From assembly GCF_001194135.2 (NCBI RefSeq), contig NC_068985.1, forward strand, positions 113,858,512 through 113,909,434: DNA of 50,923 bases, written 5' to 3'. Made by a program: the position numbers and the translations under genes. Below the pieces are notes generated by a model that made no database searches, had not been told where the DNA came from, and saw nothing but the letters and a program-made list of their open reading frames with translations. Positions 46,228-50,923 of this stretch are shown piece by piece. The number at the start of each line of letters is the position of its first letter. Position 1 is the first letter of the stretch. The stretch is from Octopus bimaculoides (lineage: Eukaryota).

Positions 46228-46719
46228 TATACAACTCATTAACTTGTAGCGTTTCTTATGTTTTACAATGTTTTAGCATAAAGAAAATATGATATTTAAA
46301 ACATTTATATATATATGAGCCAATGTTCATGTAAACTATTCTATTAATAAATAATTAGAACATTTTAAAATATATGAAGAGAGGTATTGTAAAGTGAAAT
46401 TTGGAAAGAGAAATAAAATGAGAAAATTTTTTTTTTTTTTTATCAGAACAAATAAATAGTAAAAAACAAAAAGTCTGAATATTTTCTTTGGTAAGGAAAG
46501 GAAAGATATTCAGCTGCTATTACTATGTTAATATCAACCAAATAACTTTCCTACTGATTCTGCCAGAATACTAATAATAATAATAATTACAATTTCTATC
46601 ACATAACTAGACCTTATAAATGAACAATCTGGTGTGTTTATTTTAATGGCTTACCAATGTATACAGTGAGTTTCTTTGCCCTAGATGTCAGGAAGACACT
46701 CAGCAAGAAATGGAAACAA

Positions 46720-46965
46720 AATTGAAAGAATAAAAATCATAATAATAATCCTTTCTTCTATAGGCACAAGGCCTGAAATTTTGAGAGTGGTTGTAGATGA
46801 TTGCATTAACCATAGTACTTGATTGGTACTTTATTTTACTGAGTTTGAAAGGATGAAAGGTAAAGTTAACTTTGACAGAATTTGATCTCAGAAGGTAAAG
46901 AGCTTGCAATAATGCCACTAATTTTTTCTAATGTACTAACAATTCTGTCAGCTCACTACCTTAAT
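46720..46965 (-). mobile_element. SINE B
   Basis: ctttcttctataggcacaaggcctgaaattttg...gaaaggatgaaaggtaaagttaac...ctgtcagctcactacctt. Confidence 0.75.
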
Positions 46966-46979
46966 AATAATAATAATTG

Positions 46980-47025
<46 letters not shown>

Positions 47026-47089
47026 GCGTCATACTAATATATCNNNNNNNNNNTTTGTATATTCTCCCATATATATATATATATATATG

Positions 47090-47232
47090 GCAGGCTTCTT
47101 TCAGTTTCCATCTACCAAATCCACTCACAAAGCTCTGGCTGGCCTGAGGCTATAGTAGCAGACACTTGCCCAAGGTGCCATGCAGTGGGACTGAACCCAG
47201 ACCTACGTTGTTGGGAAGCAAGCTTCTTACCA
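47090..47232 (-). mobile_element. SINE A head
   Basis: ggcttctttcagtttccatctaccaaatccactcaca...gcccaaggtgccatgcagtgggactgaacc...ccacacagcc. Confidence 0.85.
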
Positions 47233-47956
47233 CACAGCCATGACTATGCCTAATAATAATAATAATAATAATGATAATAATAATAATGATATCAATAACA
47301 CAACAAGAGAATACATAAAAAAAACTTCATAATGCCAGACACAAAATGATGAATAAATCCCAAATATCTCAAGCTATCCTCACTTGAAGTGGCTAACAAC
47401 AAAACAAATAGTTCCCTTCATTCCACAAACAAATTTTTGGGAATATCCTGTGTATGTCTGAGAGAAAGGCAGAGAAAGAGGGAGAACACAGGTGCATCCG
47501 AACACGAGAGCATGTGTGAGTAAGATGGCTAATAGTAAACCTCTCACACCCTCCTAGTGTAACCAAACAGCTGTAAATGTGCGGAGGAGGAAAGGGGTTG
47601 TGCCAGGGTAAACTTCACAGAATTACCAAAATAAGGTTCCTTATCCAAACAACGTTCCAATCCCAGGATTCACAGCCTGTGTGTGGTGTAGTAGGTTTTA
47701 TTGTAGTACTACTACTAGCTCTTGTTGTTGTTGTTGTAGTTGTATTACTTGTCTTTGGAGGGAGATGAGTAGAGTCTTTAAAAAATATGGCACAAAAATA
47801 TTTTGGACTGGAAAGCAAGTGGCACAGGAAACAGTGTTGGTGGTGATGGTTAGTGAATGTAGTAGTGGTGGTAGTGGTAGATGTAGTTTTAATAGTTGTA
47901 GTGGTGATGATAGTGAAAGCAGTAGTAGTGGTGGTGGTAGATATATTAGTAATAGG

Positions 47957-48062
47957 AATCAGATTGGAGCCTGGTGTAGCCATCTGGTATCACCAGTCCT
48001 CATTCAAATCGTCCAACCCATGCTAGCATGGAAAGCGGACGTTAAACGATGACGACGACGAC
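47957..48062 (+). mobile_element. Short RTE 3' end with (GAC)n tail
   Basis: aatcagattggagcctggtgtagcc...ccatgctagcatggaaagcggacgttaaacgatgacgacgacgacg. Confidence 0.85.
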
Positions 48063-48429
48063 GAGGAATATAGATGATAGGAGTGGTAGTAGTGGTGGCG
48101 ATAATAGATGTGGTTTGACTTTCTGGACACCGATGATCCTAGAATCTTTTATAATCCACACTAATTAACGAACAGGAACTTTCAATTCCCACAACCACCA
48201 AACTACTTTACTGGCACTTTGCACAGTACAGTGTTAATAAACTTGTATCATTTATACTAATTGTATTTTCCAAGTAAATTTAGTATCTAATTCAGAGTGG
48301 GTTAACCAAGGTCATCACCCCTGGTTCAGAAAAATCAGTAACTTGGAAAGATCTTGGAACCAAAGGTTCTGGAAAATCAATGTTGTGCCTGTATTTTCAT
48401 TACTATTCTTAGTAGTAGTGGTAGTGGTA

Positions 48430-49490
48430 ATAAGGTGGTGAACTAGCAGAATTCTTACTACGCAGGACAAAATGCTAAGTGATATTTTATGTTCTGAGTT
48501 CAAATCCTGCTGAGGACAATTTTGCTTTTCATCTTTTCGGTGGTCGGTAAAATAAGAACCAGACGAGGGATTGACGCAATCGACTTCCCCATCCCTCAAA
48601 TTTTTCTGGCCTTGTGCCAAACAAAGAAAGGATTATTCGTAGTAGTAGTAGTAGTAGTAATAATAGTAGGATGGCAAGCTGGCAGAAATCATTAACCTAC
48701 TGGACAAAATGCTTACAGACATTTCTTAACCTTTCATCCTCTGGGGAGCCAATAAAATGAGCACCAGTTGAGCACTAGGGTTTATGCAATTAACTAGACC
48801 AATAGTTCCCAAACTCTTTCAGGCTGCCACACCCTTGGCACCCAGGCCACATTCCTAGTGCCTCTTCACCCTTCCCACCACAAATTTAGACCACTTTCTG
48901 CAGCAAATTCAAAACAACTGTATTTGACAAATAAAACTTAAACTTAATTAACCTTCATTTTTTTTTTACATCTTTCATCCCATTTTGGCCACCTCATTAT
49001 CACTTTTCTTCAATTCCCCACTGGATCTTTCTCCCCACATCCGGCCCACCAAGGGGGCAGTACTGCCCACTTGGGAACCACTGGACTAGACTCTCCCACA
49101 AAAATTCAGGCCTTGTACCAAAATTAGAATTACTACTATTATTATTATTACTGCCACCAAGGTAGACTTTGCCTTTCATCTATCCAGGGGTGATAAATTA
49201 AGTACCAGTCATGCACTGGGGTTGATGTAGTCGACTAAATAATCCTTCAAAATTCCAGGCCTTGTGCCTATAGTAGAAAGGATCATTATTATTACTACAG
49301 CAATCTGGCAGGACCATTAGCATACCAGGCAAAATTCTTAACATTCTGAGTTCAAATGTGCCTTTTATTCTATTGAGGATGATAAATTAAGTACCAGTTG
49401 AGGACTGGGGTTGATGTAATCAGCTTGCCCTCTCCCCTTAAGTTGCTGACCTTGTGCCAAAATTAGAAACCATTATTATTATTATTATTA
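48430..49490 (+). mobile_element. Array of four head-to-tail SINE B copies
   Basis: Copies at about 48430, 48666, 49155 and 49296, each ending ccttgtgcc...gaaa(c/g) plus a (TAT/TAG)n tail. Confidence 0.75.
48800..49083 (+). mobile_element. hAT (Charlie-like) MITE M2 inserted in SINE B
   Basis: TIRs CAATAGTTCCCAA / TTGGGAACCACTG; TSD aactagac (48792-99) vs gactagac (49084-91), 7/8, CTAG-centred. Confidence 0.85.
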
Positions 49491-50714
49491 TTATTAGTAG
49501 TAGTAGTAGTAGTGGTGGTGGTGGTGGTGAGAATGAAAGTAGTGGTAGTAGTGGTTGAAGTAGTGCAGGTATTGAAAGCAGCAGTAGTAGTAAAGGTGGT
49601 GGTAGTGTCAAATGTTTGAGTTGTAAAAGTATTTTGCCAGGACATAAGAGGTGAACTGCTAGAGAGAGGATAAGGGTTTGGTGAAGAAGATGATGATGAC
49701 GATGATGATGATGACAATAAGGGTAGTGGTGATGAGGATGATGACGATGACGACAATGGCATTAAAAAGTGAAGGCAGTGGTTCTTGATGGCACTAAAAT
49801 CTGCGGCATTATTAATGGCGTGCTGATGGAAATAGCTAGAATATACACAATCACTTGTGTTACAAACATGAGGAAACTCAAGACACACAAAACAAACAGC
49901 AAAAGTATCAGGAGCTGTTCGGAACTTGATTTGTCTACCTACATACAGGAAAGAATGTGAAGTTTGAGCGAAACAGGAAAAGCAAGATAGAAGTTGTTAA
50001 CAGTGGGAATGAGGTGGGGGGGGGACGAAGATGAGGAGAGATGAATATGGCTGCCGATAATAATAATATGACCAGTAAATCCACCAATCAGCTGAACAAA
50101 CTTTGCTCCTATGAATTTCTAGTGGAGAGAGCTTGGAAAGCATTGTCATGTCGGAAATAGGCAATTAAAATATATGAATGGGATATCAGCAACTTATAAC
50201 TTGAGTAAATGGAGGGGTGATGGNNNNNNNNNNNNNNNNNNNNNNNNNNNNNNNNNNNNNNNNNNNNNNNNNNNNNNNNNNNNNNNNNNNNNNNAAAATA
50301 AGTGAAAATAAGTTAGAGTGATCAGTGAAAGAAGAGGGGGGGGTGTCTTGGGTGCATCATGGGATATTCTCATGCAGGTGATAGTTTTGAACATGAGGCT
50401 TAAGAGCAAGAATCAACATTCAAGATAAACTAATGCAAATTCACACACACACACACACACACACTTTTCTTTATTCGCATTACGATGAGACTATTTGGTT
50501 TCCAAAGCAACCATCTTGCTATAACCCTCCCTGCTCCCATGTATATCTATCTATACATGTTCATCTTTATGTTTCATCTTTTACTCATTTCAGTTATTGG
50601 ACTGTGGCCATACTGGGGTATGGCTTTGGTGTATGGGTCAGACAGAATTTGTTGAGGCAGATTTTTTTTTATCACCAGCCTTCACCTATTTCCATATAAG
50701 TTAATATTTCCCTC

Positions 50715-50860
50715 TTTTACTCGTTTCAGTCATTTGACTGCAGCCATGGTGGAGCACCGCCTTTTAGTCGAGCAAATCGACCCCAGGACTTATTCTTTGG
50801 ATGCCTAGTACTTATTCTATCGGTCTCTTTTACCGAACCGCTAAGTTACGGGGACAAACA
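50715..50860 (-). mobile_element. SINE A tail 1, young
   Basis: ttttactcgtttcagtcatttgactgcagccatgg...gagcaaatcgaccccaggacttattc...ccgctaagttacgggg. Confidence 0.85.
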
Positions 50861-50923
50861 CAGACACACAAAGATATACACACATATACATATATGTATA
50901 TACATATATGTATATACATATAT

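Noticed and set aside
45760-46700. AT-rich stretch resembling a minus-strand 3' UTR
   Set aside because: No associated coding exon; composition alone is not evidence.

Overview
Repeat-dense, AT-rich animal genomic DNA from a gapped short-read scaffold (15 N-gaps, about 3 kb in total). The repeat landscape points to an octopod cephalopod (inference, no database search). I find no supportable host protein-coding gene; the window looks intergenic or like the interior of very large introns. Almost all ORFs in the track are translations of (TA)n/(CA)n/(CAT)n/(GA)n microsatellites or run through N-gaps. The only ORF with a recognisable protein motif (7809-8114, minus) is the C-terminus of an RTE-clade LINE ORF2. 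The window is dominated by: (i) four tRNA-headed SINE types (my own labels A, B, C, D) that visibly swap modules; (ii) 5'-truncated RTE LINE 3' ends; (iii) hAT-type MITEs with 8-bp TSDs and piggyBac-type MITEs with TTAA TSDs, several of them nested; (iv) degenerate Penelope-like hammerhead-core motifs; (v) micro- and minisatellites. The best-supported observations are the modular SINE/LINE network (one head plus a microsatellite hinge plus alternative tails, one of them RTE-derived with a conserved CCATGC-NN-GCATGG stem) and reciprocal SINE/MITE nesting. More speculative are three plus-strand frame-preserving microexon candidates (9, 12 and 12/15 nt) and a few unique islands with transcription-factor motif clusters. 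Element boundaries are read by eye and may be off by 10-20 nt unless a TSD is quoted. I cannot claim a new biological system from sequence alone.
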